The position numbers were made by a program, and so were the translations under genes. Source: Macrostomum lignano (Eukaryota). From it: a stretch of DNA of 64,000 nucleotides. The notes beneath the pieces are model-generated. The model ran no database searches, had not been told where the DNA came from, and saw nothing but the letters and a program-made list of their open reading frames with translations. Shown piece after piece: positions 62,801 to 64,000 of the stretch; position 1 is the first letter of the stretch; every line of letters starts with the position of its first letter. The stretch spans positions 44,335-108,334 of the forward strand of contig NIVC01001431.1 of NCBI GenBank assembly GCA_002269645.1, given 5' to 3'.

Positions 62801-64000
62801 CATTACAATACAGTCAGCCAGCAGCTGTGCACAGTCCGGGTGGGCAGCTTCACCTTGCCGCCAGCACAGCAGAAATTGCCTGTCTCCATGCGGAACAGCT
62901 TGGCACCAATGGTTGCATGCCCAGTCCATTGCCCGCAGCTGGAGCTTCTGGCCTCGCCATCGTCTCAGCGCCTGATAAAAAAATGGAATGTATCTCTTAG
63001 TAACTGTTAAATGTAAATGTAACTGTTCATTGTGTGTCAGTTTACCTTGCAGTAGCGGGTCCGTCTTCAGCGCGGCCCGCAGTCTCATGTTCCGCCGGCA
63101 TCGCGCTGGGCCCTTGGCCTTTTGGCCCTCTTGGCAGGAGTTCTGCTTGCTGCCAGGCTTGGAACTCAGCATCTGTAAAGGCCTTGCAAAAGCTCTCGAA
63201 GTCTCAGTGACTCGTAATGTTGGCGCAAAAGCACACGCACAATGGCATTAGGAGGGCGCAAATTAGCCCTGAAATATTGCATCACACTACCATTGGCCTG
63301 GTAAATGACCAGATCCACATCAAAGCAGCGGCTCAACAAAGAGGCAACTCATCTGAAACATAAATTCCTGCTTGAAAAGAGGAATTCACGATCTCATCAG
63401 CACTCTCAGGTGCAATGAGGCCATCTGCAATCAGCTGTGGCATGAGTTCTGCAACACGGCAAGACAAGTCCTGCCGCAGGCTGCCAGCGGGAGCTGCGTC
63501 AGTTTCCAGCGGGTTCCACGCAGCTGATCACACACAGCAAATAAAAAAGCAATTGCCATCACAACAATGGGATTACCTGCAACTGCTCAAAGGGTACTAT
63601 AGTTTCTGTACCTTGCTGCTGGTGTCCGAGCACTAAGGGCAATGGTGAACGTAAGCACACAGCAGCCTTAATTGGCTTTTTAAGACAATTCATTCCTCAA
63701 AAATCGTTATCCGCTTAATTTATACAGAATAAAATAGATACTACAAATTATCCCCTTCAAGGCAATTCAGAAAAAAACAAAAATAAAGACTTGTTATAAA
63801 AAGTTACTGATCAACTACACCACAAGAGAAGAAACCACAGCTCCACGGCACCGAATCCGATCGGCTTCCAGTCGGGCAGCCCACTCTGCCCTCAGTCTCA
63901 GCCCTCTGCGCTGAGCGTCCGCTGCCGCTGTTCTTCCAGTCGCGCAGCCCTCACTCTGCCTCAGTCTCAGCATCTCTGCGCTGAGCATTCCGCTGCCGCT
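59811..64000 (-). mobile_element. Helitron RepHel gene, Rep (HUH endonuclease) region with introns. Frameshifted, helicase absent
   Basis: In order on the minus strand: ETE..ARLEEQR repeats (63840-64000), MDWACNH..AKLF..E...CCAGGKVKLP, FLTNIRSYNS, SGQLHH, RRYN..GNEV, LLFPHGE, SSFVGGPRY..QDAMTYVQKFGKPDLFVTATCNPKWPEI, EYQKR|GLPHVHFLLW (HUH, intron 61418-61163), HMIHGPCG, CSKGFPK, GYPLYRR, VVPYNP, YVIKY (catalytic Tyr), RYIGPMEA, RMYTVSP...FYMRMLL. Several frameshifts and a ~70-bp internal duplication near 62370-62515. Confidence 0.92.

Overview
Eukaryotic (metazoan-like, spliceosomal introns) repeat-rich genomic DNA from what looks like a long-read assembly, with one N gap at 36955-37250. The style is reminiscent of the flatworm Macrostomum, but that is only an impression. 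There are three parts. (1) 1.9-9.2 kb, minus strand: the 3' half of a PHLPP-like (LRR + PP2C) gene whose introns are filled with minisatellites. It looks disabled by a 1-nt frameshift, a TAG at a conserved Tyr, and a 1277-bp hAT-type non-autonomous insertion (8-bp TSD) inside an exon. (2) 16210-58004: a ~42-kb inverted-repeat (foldback) structure. From outside in, each arm carries a GCGC-rich 158/138-bp higher-order satellite, an intact spliced KDZ (Kyakuja-Dileera-Zisupton) transposase of 808 aa, a double-C2H2-type zinc-finger gene, a LINE RT fragment and a 387-bp tandem array. The right arm has an extra 1833-bp cassette encoding a spliced 300-aa zinc-finger + PR-Set7/SETD8-like (H4K20 methyltransferase family) SET protein. 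Its SET exon is missing from the ORF track. Every gene of the element is followed by the same ~250-bp non-coding block. (3) 59.8-64 kb, minus strand: a frameshifted, intron-containing Helitron Rep region with no helicase part visible. The best candidate for an undescribed system is the KDZ transposon carrying its own ZnF-SET8-like histone methyltransferase in a cassette-like gene array. The head-to-head arrangement spans a scaffold gap and may be partly an assembly artefact.
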